A DNA stretch of 50,784 nt, taken from the NCBI RefSeq assembly GCF_001194135.2, contig NC_068983.1, positions 150,295,351-150,346,134 of the forward strand. The letters run 5' to 3'. The notes beneath the pieces were generated by a model. The model had not been told where the DNA came from. It saw only the letters and a program-made list of their open reading frames with translations, and made no database searches. The DNA comes from Octopus bimaculoides. Lineage: Eukaryota. The position numbers were made by a program, and so were the translations under genes. This document shows, piece by piece, positions 36,290 to 49,950 of the stretch (positions within the stretch are counted from its first letter, which is position 1; each line of letters starts with the position of its first letter).

Positions 36290-37740
36290 CCCACCCTGAC
36301 ACAAACCTGTTCATCTCATCTAAGCTTCAGGTTCACTTTGAGTGAAGAGAAATGCAAATTCTTTCTTCTCTAATTTAAGTACTTCGGACAAATAATTGGT
36401 AAAAGTGGTAGACGTCCTGATCCATCAAGGGCAGATGCAATAAGGAATATGCCTGCGCCAACAAATATTCCAACTCTACAAGCATTTCTTGGGTTGGCAA
36501 ATTATTATCAAAGCTACATTCCTTATATGCACAAGTTAAGAGATCCATTGAACAACTTATTAAAAAAANNNNNNNNNNGTAAAAGTGGTAGACGTCCTGA
36601 TCCATCAAGGGCAGATGCAATAAGGAATATATTTTTGCAGTTAAAAAATTTCACAGGTTTCTGCATGGCAGAAGTTTTTTTTATTGCCAACAGATCATAA
36701 ACCTTTGCCTTTGATTTATGGGTCTAAAAAAGGGTTACCGACTCACACTGCAAACTGCCTGCAACATTTTGGTGTAATATTACTAAATTATAATTTCAAA
36801 ATGCAATACATTTCATTGGAGAAATCAGTCATGTGGACTGCCTTTTGAGATTAATTCCAAAAAATATGGAACCACTAGAAGAGACTGTTATAGCTGCAGT
36901 GCAGGCAGAAAGTGAAATTAAAAGTGTAATGATGAACGTTATCCAAGAACAACCAGTGACTGCACAGGATATAAGAATGAAAGCTGTAGGTGATGAGTAT
37001 ATTACGAAAATAAAAAAAGTTTTAAAAAATAAGCAGAATAAATATTTAGATGCCAGTAGTTTTTCAATTTGCAATGATATCCTGATGTATTCCCAAAGAG
37101 TGGTGGTTTCAACTACCTTACAAAAAGTGTATTGCAACAATTTCACAGCTGACATCCAAGAATGACAAGGATAAAAGCTCTGATGAGGAGTTGGTTGTCT
37201 ATGACCAAGATATTGAAAACTTGGTGTGAATGTGCTGAAGTTGTGTGCCCGTGGTCAAACCCCACCAGTAAAATATCAATTGTAGCCAGAGACAAAAAAC
37301 CCATGGTCTAGGTAACACATTGACTATGCTAAACCGGTAAATGGTGCTTACTACCTAATCGTAGTAGATAGCTGTACTAAGTGGCCAGAGGTGTGCAGGT
37401 GCTATAGACCAACCTCTAAGACAACTATATAGTTCTTATATGAATTGTTTGTGTGATACGGTGTCCCTGACATGCTAGTTTCAGACAATGGAACACAATT
37501 CTCTGGATGTGAATTCAAGAACTGTAAAAGGCATGCGATAAAGCATATTTTGACTCCACCCTAGCACTTGAGGTCAAACGGGCAGGTAGAAAGATTTGTG
37601 GACACCTTTAAGAGAGTGTTAAGAAAAGCAAGGAATGAATTAAGTAACAACAAAGCACTGACAAATTTCTTAAGAATATACAGAATGATCCCCAATCCAA
37701 GTACAAGTTCAGGGAGTCAGTTGGGAGTGAGATTTGACAG
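36290..37740 (+). mobile_element. Gypsy/Ty3 pol remnant (RT end, RNase H, integrase)
   Basis: PTLQAFLGLANYY; FAVKKFHRFLHGR...TDHKP; QQFHS*HPRMTRIKALMRS (IN zinc finger); PWSR*HIDYAKP...LIVVDSCTKWPEV; VSDNGTQF; RSNGQVERFVDTFKR (DDE core). Confidence 0.9.
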
Positions 37741-37864
37741 CTATATTGAGTAGGTCAAGCAACTGCATGTAAACATCTCCATGAAATCTGTTTTTTGATC
37801 TTCTTTTGTAAAAATGATTTATCTGCTTTACTTAAAGCTTCTTTTATTGATTATCTCTTTGAAT

Positions 37865-38230
37865 GTTGGGCCTCACAGAGGCGATGACAAGTGATTAAGA
37901 CCTTGGTGATATACTGTGCTTGAAAAGTTTTGTCAGGCCAAGTGAAAATGTAGTCATAGCCATTGCCAGTGTCATGTAAATGACACACATGAAATCGAAG
38001 TCATGGCTGTTACTGGTTGAATATAAATGGCACCCGCACTGGTGGCATGTAAAAGCACCCATTACACTCTCAGAGTGGTTGGCATGAGGAAGGGCATCCA
38101 GCTGTAGAAACCATGCCAAATCAGACTGGAACCTCGTGCAGCTCTCCAGCTTACTAATTCCAGTCAAACTGTCTAACCCATACCATCATGGAAAGCAGAT
38201 GTTAAATGATGATAATGATGATGATGATGA
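37865..38230 (+). mobile_element. RTE LINE 3' end
   Basis: ttgggcctcacagaggcgatgac...aagggcatccagctgtagaaacc...gatgttaaatgatgat matches 27470-28220 with fewer minisatellite units. Confidence 0.8.
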
Positions 38231-39373
38231 TGATGGTGGTGATGATTTCAGTTTAGATGTCAGCATGGAAAGCGCACGTTAAACAACAATGATGATTTCT
38301 TTCAGTTTATTTTCAGTTTTAGATTCTTAAGATTTTATAGCTATTATAAAGTTGAGTGTGCAAATATCAAAAATTAAAAGCCTAAAAGAACAACCAACTG
38401 ACGGAAGGCAAATAGTATTGTCATTGTGTCTGTGATTGTAACATTTAATCTCAGATCATGCAGTCCATCTAGCTGTTATTGGACATTTCTTTTATTAGTT
38501 TTACTTGTTTTAGTTACTGAATTGAGATCATGCCGGAGCACCACATTGAAGGGCTTATTTTGTTGGTCTGTTTTGCTGAACCAGTAAGTTACAGGGATGT
38601 AAACAAAGCAACATCAGTCATCAAGTGGTAATGGGGAACAAATACAGAGACACACACTCACACATACAACAGACTCCATCTACCAAATCCAATCACAGGC
38701 TTTGGTCAGCCTGAGGTTACAGTAAAAGACAAAGTGTCATGTAGTGAGACTTAACCCAAAACCATGTGTTGGGAAGCAAGATTCTTACCACACAGCCATG
38801 CCTGAACCTAGAAATATGATACCATGTGAAAAGAATAATTCACTTTTGTACAACTGCAAGAATATCATAAAATTACCAGTGTTTATAAGACTACAGCAGC
38901 ATCAGAAACATTATCATCATCATTTAAAATTCATTTTCCATATTTGGCATGGGTTGGATGATTTGACAGGAACTAACAAGCCAGAAGACTGCACCAAGCT
39001 CTGCTGTCTGCTTTGGCACGGTTTCTATGGCTGGGTATCTTTCGTAACATCAGCACTTTATGAAGTATACTGGGTATTTTTTACGAGGCATTAGCAGCAA
39101 TGAGTACATCAAGTAAGTTTCAGGAGAAAACTCCTTAAGTGAGGGTGGGGAGTAATATTAAGGGATAGAAAAAGGTGTCTTGCAGTAAAGAAGGAACAAG
39201 TTTTCCTAAGTTACAGGGAGGTGTATATACTGAAGTGGACCAAAGATTGGAGAGAGAGTGATTGGGTGTGTGGGTAAGTTTGAAAAATTGCGAAAGGAGA
39301 TTGGAAGATGGAGAATGGAGAGACGTTTAACATTTTCTAGATTTTCTTCTGAACTTCAACTATTTAACATGCT

Positions 39374-39418
<45 letters not shown>

Positions 39419-42229
39419 GAGAAAACCAACTAAACCATAAAACATTAATTGAAATAATTTTTTCTAGATATACTTATTTTTAGAGTTAAGTTCTTTGGGT
39501 TTTTTTTACTTGTTGGTGTTGAAAGAAGAGGTAATGCTCATGGTGCTTGCAGACCCTCCTAGACAGGTGAGATTAATGCTAATAATGTTCATCTAGTTCA
39601 TTTAAAAAGAAACGGGCTTGGAAGAATTATCTCCCTTTAACGCTGACAATGAGATCACACTTTATTATGTCAAAAGTTCACTCTATATATACAAATAAAA
39701 TCCAAAGCATATGTTTTATCTTTTTTAATCAATTTTCTTCCTTGTTTGTCTTTTGCATATAGCTACCTTTAGTTAACAACAAAAACAAATTCCTCAGACT
39801 ATTTGGATGCTTCTTTCCGATCCATATTACCCTATTACAATTTAATCTCATTACCATCTGCTTCGTATTTTAATGTAATGCTTCTTATTTTTATTTTTAT
39901 TTTACTTTTTTTGTTTGTTTATTGTTACTTGTATCCAACCTTATAAACACACAATTTCAGCTACTAATAAACAGTGTTATTGATAAAAAAAAAAATCTAT
40001 TTAAAAAAATTGAAAAATAAAAAACTACTGTAAAACTGTTGTAAAAATGCTGTCACTACTACAACAGATGGCGCTACCAACAAAAACTCTGATGGCAGCA
40101 TTAGTCAGGAAGAGAGTGAATTTATAATTGGTTAGTCATGGTTTAAAAGTAAATGAATAAATAAATGAACTAAGACTGTTCTGTTGATGTTTATTCAACT
40201 GTAAAATAAAAAATTTAAAAAAACCATGTTTGTATTCCTAGAATGGTTTGGCTTCATTCATGTTATTAGCATCATTTACATTGATATCATCATCATTATC
40301 ATCATCATCAATATTACCAGTGCCATCACCACTTTTGTCATCATCACTTTCACCATTGCTATAATCATCACCATCATCGCCATTATTGTCACCATCATCA
40401 ACATCATCTACAACATTAGCATTAACATAAACGTTTTTCTATCATCATTGTCATCGACCTCATCACCATCACTACCACTGTCACCACCATCATTGCAATT
40501 CTCAAAATAACTTTTTCTATTCATGCCATTGGCAGCATCAGAACCACTACCACTGCTGTCTTTGCCACTGCTGTCTTTGCCACTGCTGCCATCGCTATCA
40601 ACAGCAAAAAAACATATATATATATATTGCTTCATACATCATTGTCTAATTGCTTTATAAATTATTATCTATTGTGTAATTGTTGCAAGCCAAAGAAGAC
40701 ACCTGCAGATACAGCAAGGTTTCAGCCTGACAGAAAGTGGCATGTAGGTGGAATGGTATTGTGGAGGGAAGCATTACAGCTAGGAGAGGGGACTGGAAGG
40801 ATTGGAAAAAAGAAGGGAGCAAAGAACAATATTAGGTAGCTTGTAGAGAACCTGTATGCCAAGTAAATGTACAATAGAGAAACTGAAAGAGGTTTATCAG
40901 TGCTCTAAGACACAATGATTGAAGATGTGAAGTGTTCCATATTGCAAAGCTTCACACAGTTTCCATCTACCAAATTCACTCACAAGGCATTTGTTGGCTT
41001 AGGGTTATTGTAGAGGAAACTTGCCCAAGGTGCTGTAAAATGAGACTGAATCTGAAATCACATGAATATAAAGTCAGCTTCTTAACCACACAGCCATGGC
41101 AAATGAAAATCATTCAGCTGCAGTGAGAATGCACAATGTGCATTTCTGGTTTATTGAGCTTTTCCTGTAGTATGTACTCACTGCCAACTGTATGCTAAGA
41201 CTAAATCTATTGCCACTGATATAAAAAAAAAAACAATGATTGAACAATCACTGGTGTTGTAAATAGACATACAGCTGAATAAAGATCTGTTATATGTAAC
41301 AGAAGCAATATCAAATTAAAATAGCCATCTGTGTATCATACTTAATGCAGATACATTGCAAAAAGGCAAATTTGCTCTAGTGTTTGCTTGAAGATAATAT
41401 CTCTTATAGATGAGGCAAAAATGTACATTTAGCATTCTCACCACTGCGGGAGGATTTTTGTCTAATACTGAGTGATTTGTATTCAAAAAGACTTGAGGAA
41501 ATTGTACCTTATGTAAAAACAAATTAGGGTTACTGACAGGAAGGACATCTGATGTAGAAAAATTGCCTCCGTAAGTCTTGTCTGATTCATGCAAGCATGG
41601 AAAATGTGAAAACTATGATGGTGGTGTTGGTGATGATGATGCACTAATATAAACAATGAAAACTGCAATTATCATATACTGATAATAGTCAAACTTGTGT
41701 TCTCATCTTGGTTGTTATAGTTACAACTTGTTGGGTGTTTTACCTTTGAACCCTTTTAGGTGTCTGTCATATTCAGTAACATTTCCAGAATTTTGGGCTG
41801 CAAATTTTAATATATTTTTAATAATGAGCTCAGTTCAAAATTCATTACTGAATATGACTGGTACCTGAAAAAAGGGCAGTAGGTACAGTGGCTAAAATGT
41901 GACTATAATGACCAAGATGAAGGCACTATATCAGCGTATACTAATTGTATAATTGATAGTTACAGTTATATATATAAATTTTAAGTAATAAAATAGTACA
42001 GTGTCTGTTGTTGCTTTGTTGAAGCAGGGAAGAAAGTGTAATTGATTCCCCTGTAAAGAAAGAAAACATTTGTTATATTTCAAGGAGGCTTTGTTTTACC
42101 CTTGAGCTGGAGGCCACAGGTCACACTTAATTGCTATCAAAGAAAAAAGAAAAAAAGAATTAGTCTCCATTAATCCACTCCTTATAGAATTGTCCATGGA
42201 AAAAGAGAGTTTGTTAAAAATAGACAGGG

Positions 42230-43000
42230 TCTGGAAGAAATAAAAATGGAATGAAGAGATAAGAAATTCTCACAAAAGTAGCTTCCAATGACAATAAGAA
42301 TATCATTGTTTTCATCTTAACAAATTCACTACAAGTGAAGGAGAAGGGATTGTATCCAGACATACCATTTGAAACTCCTTGAAATAATCCACAATTTGTA
42401 ATTGGATGGATTGCCTAAAACACCTGGTTAAAGAAATAGAAGAAACATAAACAGAAAACATTGCTGATGAAGCAAATTCTTGAACTGTGGAATGGAAAGA
42501 ACTTCATTTTCTTCCAATATGTTATTATCTTTGATAATTCAAGAAATTTCCTTGTCTCTTCCCAGGTAGTCAATGGAGAAATCTGAGGTGATCAAATGGA
42601 AAATTCAATGATGAATATGTTAGTATCATAATGGTGTTGGGTTGTTGAACCAGTTAGAGTAGCGGACTACACATTTTCTTCAATGAAAACCTCAATGTAT
42701 GATACTACAAAGAGGAGGTGTTATGAACCCATCTTCTTCCCTTTACAGAAAAACTTAGTCATTCTTGACTGGCAGTATACCAACATGATAATGTTTCTGT
42801 CTATTTCGCCAAATTAGTCAAAATGTTTCTCTTAGATCATGAAATTGAGACTTTGGACAATCTCCAGACTGAAACTTTATTGGAAATGTATATGACAGAT
42901 CATTAAATTCAAAGCTGTAGTAAAGAACTTTTAAATGCAAATACATCTTTGTAAGTGTTTAAGAAGAAAGTTTCAAATTACACCTACATAAATGAAAAAA
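42230..43000 (+). mobile_element. Tc1/Tc3-like transposase pseudogene
   Basis: DWQY/QHDNVSVYFAKLVKMFLLDHEIETLD / SPD*NFIGN (42765-42890) resembles W.FQQDNA..H...L.WP..SPDLNPIEN. Heavily frameshifted and TIRs not resolved. Confidence 0.6.
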
Positions 43001-43239
43001 CTTGCTGATTCTAAGATTTAAAGAAGTTAAGAAAAAAGAAAAGCATGAAATAATCATACTAGAAGCATTGATTATTATATTTGGGAAATAAAAAACAGAT
43101 ATTCACGCCTTTTTTACAAAAAATTGAGATGCACTAAATGATTTGGTTTCAATGGAACTAAAAAATGTTTTTAAAACAACTTTTGCAAGTTATATTTACA
43201 TATATTTTCTATTGTATGTGTGGGTCTATATATATTCTT

Positions 43240-43618
43240 TTATTGTTTAACTTGTTTCAGTCATTTGACTGCAGCCATGCTGGAGCACCACCTTTAGTCG
43301 AACAAATCAACCCCAGGACCTATTCTTTGTAAGCCTAGCATTTATTCTATCAGTCTCTTTTGCCGAATCTAAGTTACAGGGACGTAAACACACCAACATC
43401 AATTGTCAAGCAATGGTGGTGGTGGGGGACAAATACATACATATACATATATATATACGATGGGCTTCTTTCAGTTTGTCTACCAAATCCACTCACAAGG
43501 CTTTGGTCAGCCCAAGGCTACAGTAGAAGACACTTGCCCAAGGTTCCATGCAGTGGGACTGAACCTGGAACAATGTGGTTGGGAAACAAGCTTCTTACCA
43601 CACAGCCACTCCTGCAGC
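43240..43618 (-). mobile_element. tRNA-derived SINE family B, full length
   Basis: Reverse complement of 34802-35222. Confidence 0.9.
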
Positions 43619-44619
43619 TCAGTATATATATATATATATGTGTGTGTGTGAACCTCTTACACACACACACACACACATATATATGAACCTCTTTGACACA
43701 CACACACGCACTCACACACATGCGCGCATACACACAAGAATTTATAAACTTTCAAGAGAATGTGAAATGATTCCCTTTTTTGAAACTGGATGTTGAAGAA
43801 CATATAAAACTATAAATAAAAACCTTCAACTTTTCTTATCCAAAAGTGTTTTTCAGCCGTATATTTAAATGCTGTTTATAGTTTTATTTTTGCATTGAGA
43901 TTCATTTCCAAAAAAGAATATATATGTAAACTCCTTATGTATTTCTACATCTCCCTCCTCACCACTTCTGCACCTTGCACATCATCCCCTATTTTCTGAT
44001 CTATTCTCCTTCCTAAGCTACTTCTATTTCTCTCACCTTACCCTCTCTCCATACTGGGATTTCCCAAACTGTACCTTCACTTTTGTTAATCACTCACTAC
44101 ATTCACCTCTACCCCCATTTGTAACCATTCTAACATCTGTTACTTTCTCCTTACACCACCTTGTATCTTGAATTTCTCTGGCATCTAGTCACCATCATCT
44201 TTACCTTCTTTCCAGCTACTCCCACCCCTATGTAATGTGGTATCACTATGTATCTCCTCTATAGCAAGAAATCTAGACTTGTTCCTCTCAATACCTGGCA
44301 TACAACCATCTCACTCCACTCTCAGTATCCTTAGTTGAGGGCACTTTTTTCTTTTTGCTGTTCTTCTTTGTCTTGCAAGGTATCTTACGACCTCATTAGT
44401 AATAGTGGAATTTAAGAAGCACTCAGTACACATTGTAAGGTGGTTAGCATTAGGCAATAGTATTCATCCATAGAAACCATGCCAAGTCTGACATTGGATT
44501 CCAATGCAGCCCTGCACTCACTGGATCCTGACAAACTATCTGACCCATACCAGCTTGGAAAACAAACATTAAATGATGATGATGATGATGATGATAATGA
44601 TATATACATCGTCATTATC

Positions 44620-46280
44620 TTCATCATCATTTTAACATCCATTTTCCCATGCTTGAATGTGTCAGATAGAACTCTGAGGCAGATTTTTCTACATCCAGAT
44701 GTTCTTCCCCTCACTAATGCATGAATGTTTCCAAGCAAATTCATATTTCCCTATCTCTGGATGTTTTCACAGAATACCAGAAATGAATGACATTGCTTAT
44801 AAGACAACAATCCTCTGTAGTCAAAGCCCATGTTTCACTGTCATGTAGCATAACTGTACATACACAGGCATCATACAATCTTCCTTCCATGTTGAGGGAG
44901 AGGCCCTTAGTTACCAACAAAGGTAGACACTTTCAGAACTTCTTCCTCCATTGCTAACTTGGTCTCCTTGGTAACAGAAGCTATCTACTACTTCTAATGA
45001 ACCAACCGAGCATTTGAGGGAGCCTATTGTTTGTGCATTTTTAGTGCTTATTGTAAATGCACATTTGCCACACACAAAGATTATATTTTCCATTAAGCTT
45101 CCTGAGATACTGCTACACCTCTTATGTGTCCAAATTTTGCATTGGGTACAACGTATTTTGTTTCTACCAGCACCCTTCGAACATACTGAGTAGGGCCATT
45201 TCCCTGAAGGGACTTGTGATTGTCTGTTTTCCTACTTACTAGGGCTTTGGTTATTGCTAAATTCACTCTAAGGCTCTTAGAGTCCAGGTCTTGCTTCCAC
45301 ACCTGAAATGTCTTCTCTAAGTCAGGTAATGATTCAGCTATAAGAATTAGGTCATCAGCATAGAGGTGCTCCCAAGGGCAGCCAGTCTTGAATTCCTCTG
45401 TTAAAGCCTGGAGGACTAAGATAAACAAGAGGGGTCTGAAAACTGAGTCTTGGTGAACTCCTACCTGTACACTGAATTCATTGCTATACTTGTTGCCAAC
45501 CTCACACTGCAGAACATTATTAAACTTCTTCCTTTCTGCACCTCCCCTGGTTTAATATACCTCCCTCTTAGCCTCCCCTTTGGCTATCTGATACAGTTCA
45601 CTGCTACCACCACACTTCCAGTCCTTCCAGACCTGTTTCTTTTCCCTAATGGCCCTGTAAACTATGCTGTTCCACCACCATTGTACCTTAGGTCAAGAAG
45701 GGACTTTGCACCAGCCACAAATTTGGTCAGTGGTCCTCAGTGGGTTGTATATCCTCTTTTTCATCAAATACTTCAAGTAACACATTTCAAAATCTCTGAC
45801 CATTCAGAGGACTCTTAAGCTTCTTGACCTCTCTTTTTCACACTGGTTGTCTTCTTGGCAGCCATTTAGCCCTGTTTCTGAAGTTACTAATGACTAATCT
45901 ATGTTGAGGGGTGCATTCTTCACCTGGAAAAGTTTTGGCATTTATAAGCAGCCATCTTTCTTGTTTTCTGGTGTGAATAATCAATCTGGCTAGTATGCCC
46001 ACCAGATTGATAGGTGAACAGGTGACTGGCAGGTTTCCTGAAGTTAGTATTGCAGAACTCCAGTAGCCTGGGTCCCTCCTCATTATGGAAACCAAATCCA
46101 CTGCCACCATGCACGCCTTGGAAGTCACCCAGATGTTGCCCAGCATGTCCATTGAAAGTCACCAGCCACAAAGAGAAGGTCACTGTCATTTGTTGACAAG
46201 GTAGTTTGCAAAAGGGTGTCATAAAATCAGTCTTTCTGTTCATTAGGCAGTCTTGATTGAGGAGCATAGGCTGATATAAT
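44620..46280 (-). mobile_element. RTE LINE remnant (APE endonuclease, linker, RT, PHD-like finger, tail) with internal deletions
   Basis: FNGHAG...GGSGFG..NEEGPRLLEFC...HTSQIDY (EN); QWWWNS (linker); PLLFILVLQALTEEFKTGCPWEHLYADDL (YADD at 45351-45362); LEVVDSFCY.GD. Confidence 0.9.
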
Positions 46281-46959
46281 AGTTGCTGTTCTGCTTTGCA
46301 AAACTAGTCTAAGCGTAAGTATTCTATCATATACTCTCACTACCTTGATTGCTTTATCAACCTATTTTTCAGCTAGAAGTATGCCCACACCACCAACCCT
46401 ATCGCTGTTCCCTGCCCAGATATATATATTTGATGAGTTTCTTTTAATTCCCATGTACCAAATATGTTCACAAAGTGCTGTCCTGAAACTATGTGGTTAT
46501 CAGGAAACAAACTTCTTAACTACAGTCATGCCTGCACCTGTATAAAGCTTTGGTTGGCTTAGGCTACAGTAGAAGATACTTGCCCATATTTGTATGCATA
46601 TAAAGTGATTGTGAAGCTAAACAGCTGAATCACTAACCATATAGTGATAAGCTCAAATTTCATTATCAATATTATATTATATTGCACTTTTGGGCAAGAT
46701 GCTTTAACAAGTCTCTTCCAAACTATGCCAGTCAGCAAAAAAACTAAACATTGAAAACTTTGATAATGATGACGATGATAGCAGTGGTGGCTGCAGTGAA
46801 ATATTCACACATACACCCAAGCACACACACACATACAGATGTGTGGAGAGAACTCCAATGTGGGTTTCACATTTTTTCACCTTAAGGTTTCAGTTGTAAT
46901 GTATTAGTAATTTATGGGAATTCCAACCATGTTTCGTGGTTTGCTACCTCAACAGATCC

Positions 46960-47400
46960 TTTATAAGATCCAGTGGCTAAAGACATCAGGAGGAACCACG
47001 TCCGGTTTCGGCCCCTACTCCTCTACCGTTTTGACATAGTGTCTTCAGCTCTGGTGTTGAGTACATTTCTTCTTTCTCCTTTTTTCTTCTGTTCCCTGGC
47101 CTCTTTGATGCAGTATCAATAAGTGTCAGCAGGCAACTGACCATCCTGCCAAATTTCCCTTTAAATACTCGCTGGTAGGCTCCAGCAGCCAGCACCAGTT
47201 AGTTGTCATGTGACACTATTTAAACTTCAACTGACCAACAGAGGGGAAAGGCGTATAATCTTAGTCCATGCTTTCACTAAACCTGCTTTCCAACAGTGTC
47301 CTGTTAGTTTCAGTTCCAGAAGCCAGAGCCGACCAGCTGTTTGGTGGTACAAGCTTTCGAACCAGGAGGAGAGGGTACCATGAACAAGACTGCTACCTGT
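46960..47400 (-). mobile_element. Possible degenerate Penelope-like 3' end
   Basis: Minus strand has tatttaaag...caccagagCTGAAGA...gccGAAACCGGac, a PLE-pLTR-like layout. Protein similarity is weak. Confidence 0.3.
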
Positions 47401-47872
47401 GAAAATTTATGAAAGCAATTCCACAGCAGGGTCCCAGTCAACTAACTGAAATCAGAAAAGAATAAAAAAATAAAATATTTGCATTTTGGTGGGGATCAAA
47501 AATTTACCATTTTAATCTTTGCTAGTGGGATTTTGTTCATTAATTATTCATCGTTGCTAGTAGGATTTTATTCATTAATCATACAAATCTTTAAATATCA
47601 ATAGTTGAGTAAACGATGAGCAATATGATAAAATATACTGGGATAGTGATTGAGGACAACAACAACCACAGCCATAAATTAATAGCTCACAGTGTATGCT
47701 GGCTTAGAAGGACTAACAACATTGGCTGCAGGAAAAAAAATCTCTACACCCTGGGAGCAACATTAATTTTACTGATTGAAAACTGCACATAGCTATGAGG
47801 ATTTTGAGGTATACATGTATCTGTTAAAGCTAAACTAGAACATAATTAATAACATGCACAAACCATTTCTCT

Positions 47873-47936
<64 letters not shown>

Positions 47937-48649
47937 AGTGATGATGATTCTGTTACTATTTTTTTTGTTATTTGACAATTATTTTTCTCACATATCTATA
48001 TACCATACATTGAACATGCTTATATGTAAATGTTATAATGGGAATTTGTTTCTTAATGGTTTAGAAAACATTGCCATAACAAATATTGATTTATTTTATC
48101 AATTTTGCTGAGGAGAGGTTATTGTTAATTGATTTAACCAGTGGCATATAACGGATACTGAAACAAAATGTACTGAACATTGCAATATCTCCATACTTCC
48201 TCTTGGCTCTATTTATGTTTACACACACACACACATCATGTTGTATTTCATCAACATTTCTTGTGTTGGCATGGGTTGGGCAAAGAGTCTTTGAGGCAAT
48301 ATTCTATCGTTGACATCAACCCATGCTTGTTTTCTAAGTAAGGTTCTTTATTCTGCATCTTTGCACATTGGATCACTGCTGGATGTTTCATTTATGGGAG
48401 ATAGAAACAAAATCACTGCTAAAGTGATGTCAGTGTGAAGACATGTGGATACAAGCAAATACACAATATGCTTCCATACTGTTTCCATCTATCTAATTTC
48501 TCTCACAAGGCAGTGATCACCCTTTGTCAAATAACAAAAAAAAAAAAAGGCAGCAGAATCATCATCAACAAGAGACTGTGCAGTGGGAATGCTTTCAAAA
48601 TCATGTGAATATGATACAAACTTCTTAACCACTCAATAATACCTTTCTA

Positions 48650-49400
48650 CAGGTTCCATTCATTTTGAGTATGCAACACTTTTTGATACAGCTGTTCACC
48701 TTCATACACATTGCATACTGATACCAACACAGTCTTTATATCCCTTACATCTGTTTTCTCTCATGTTTAGTTTTTCTCTCAGCTCATTTAGGCTCTGTCA
48801 TCCAAGCACACTAGCATTATACATCCAACAGAGCATGCTTGATCCATTTCATTTTATCCTTCACAAACCCTCTGCATTCAAGGTCTTACAACCATGGTTT
48901 TACATGGTCTGCATTCATGGTCTTACAACCATGCAGCATTGTATTTTGTACATAGGCATTATACAATATGCCCTTTATTCTAAAAAGAGAAACAGTTTGT
49001 TGTCCACAAAATTCCTTGGACTTTTCCCACAAGTTCATACTCTGGCAACTATGCTTTCATAACACCCATACCCACAGTAAATTAGGCCTCCTAAGCAACA
49101 GAAGCTGTCAAATACTTTGAGAGAGTTGCCTGGGTTTTGGAGCAAATCTATTTTGAAAAATACTTTCATTACTTACTATCCATGTGTCTTTAGCACATGA
49201 AATCTACCTTCTCTAGTAGCCTGCCTGTGATCCCACTATATTTCTTGTGTATCAGTGGTTTGCATTAGGTACACTGTATGGAATTCTTATCTACTCCTTA
49301 TCATCATATCAAGCTTGGCCAATTCTCTGAAGATCGTTAGGTCCTGTCTTCTTTCTTTCTTACTAACTCCTTAACCTTTCCTAAATTCCCATGAATAGTG
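48650..49400 (-). mobile_element. RTE LINE remnant (PHD-like finger and C-terminal region)
   Basis: GVDKNSIQCT*CKPLIHKKYSGITGRLLEKVDFMC. Downstream sequence matches the RTE C-terminus (...atgctctgttggatgtataatgctagtgtgc...gagctgagagaaaaacta). Contains a ~33-bp internal duplication near 48880. Confidence 0.7.
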
Positions 49401-49719
49401 TGGTCACATTCATATAATTGCACCCTGCCTCATTTCATTCTACTCTCCAAATCACAACACCCTACACACATACATCACAGACCACATACACTAATCTTAT
49501 ACAGGGTATATTAGTTTTTTGAGGACACCTCTTTCAAGAACTCTAACTTCCAACTTATTTGTCCTTTACTTTACTTTTCGGATAATGTCAATCATCAAGT
49601 TGGTTCATCAAATGAAAAAGCATACTGTAATTGTCACCTTAAAAGTGCAACATAGTGATACAGAGGAAGCTCAATTCTTGAAAGTTGCCCGATCATGTAA
49701 CTCCATGCCTACACGTAAG

Positions 49720-49950
49720 GCGGCGAGCTGGCAGAAACGTTAGCACGCCGGGCGAAATGCTTAGCGGTATTTCATCTGCCACTACGTTCTGAGTTCAAAT
49801 TCCGCCGAGGTCGACTTTGCCTTTCATCCTTTCGGGGTCGATTAAATAAGTACCAGTTACGCACTGGAGTCGATATAATCGACTTAATCCGTTTGTCTGT
49901 CTTTGTTTGTCCCCTCTGTGTGTAGACCCTTGTGGGTAGTAAAGAAATAA
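49720..49950 (+). mobile_element. Meta-domain-like tRNA SINE, young copy
   Basis: ggcggcgagctggcagaaacgttagc...gagttcaaattccgccgaggtcgactttgcctttcatcctttcggggtcgattaaataagtacc. The central part matches my recollection of the Meta domain, and CpGs are intact. Confidence 0.8.

Noticed and set aside
36399-36630. 52-bp exact repeat in the Gypsy RT region
   Set aside because: The second copy starts right after a 10-N gap, so it is likely an assembly or haplotype artefact.
39520-39585. Possible micro-exon (ttgcag|accctcctagacag|gtgaga)
   Set aside because: Splice-like dinucleotides alone are insufficient, and there is no homology or partner exon.
40226-40635. Ile/Thr-rich and Asp/Ser/Gly-rich ORFs
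   Set aside because: Translations of a degenerate (ATC)n tract and a short 15-bp repeat.
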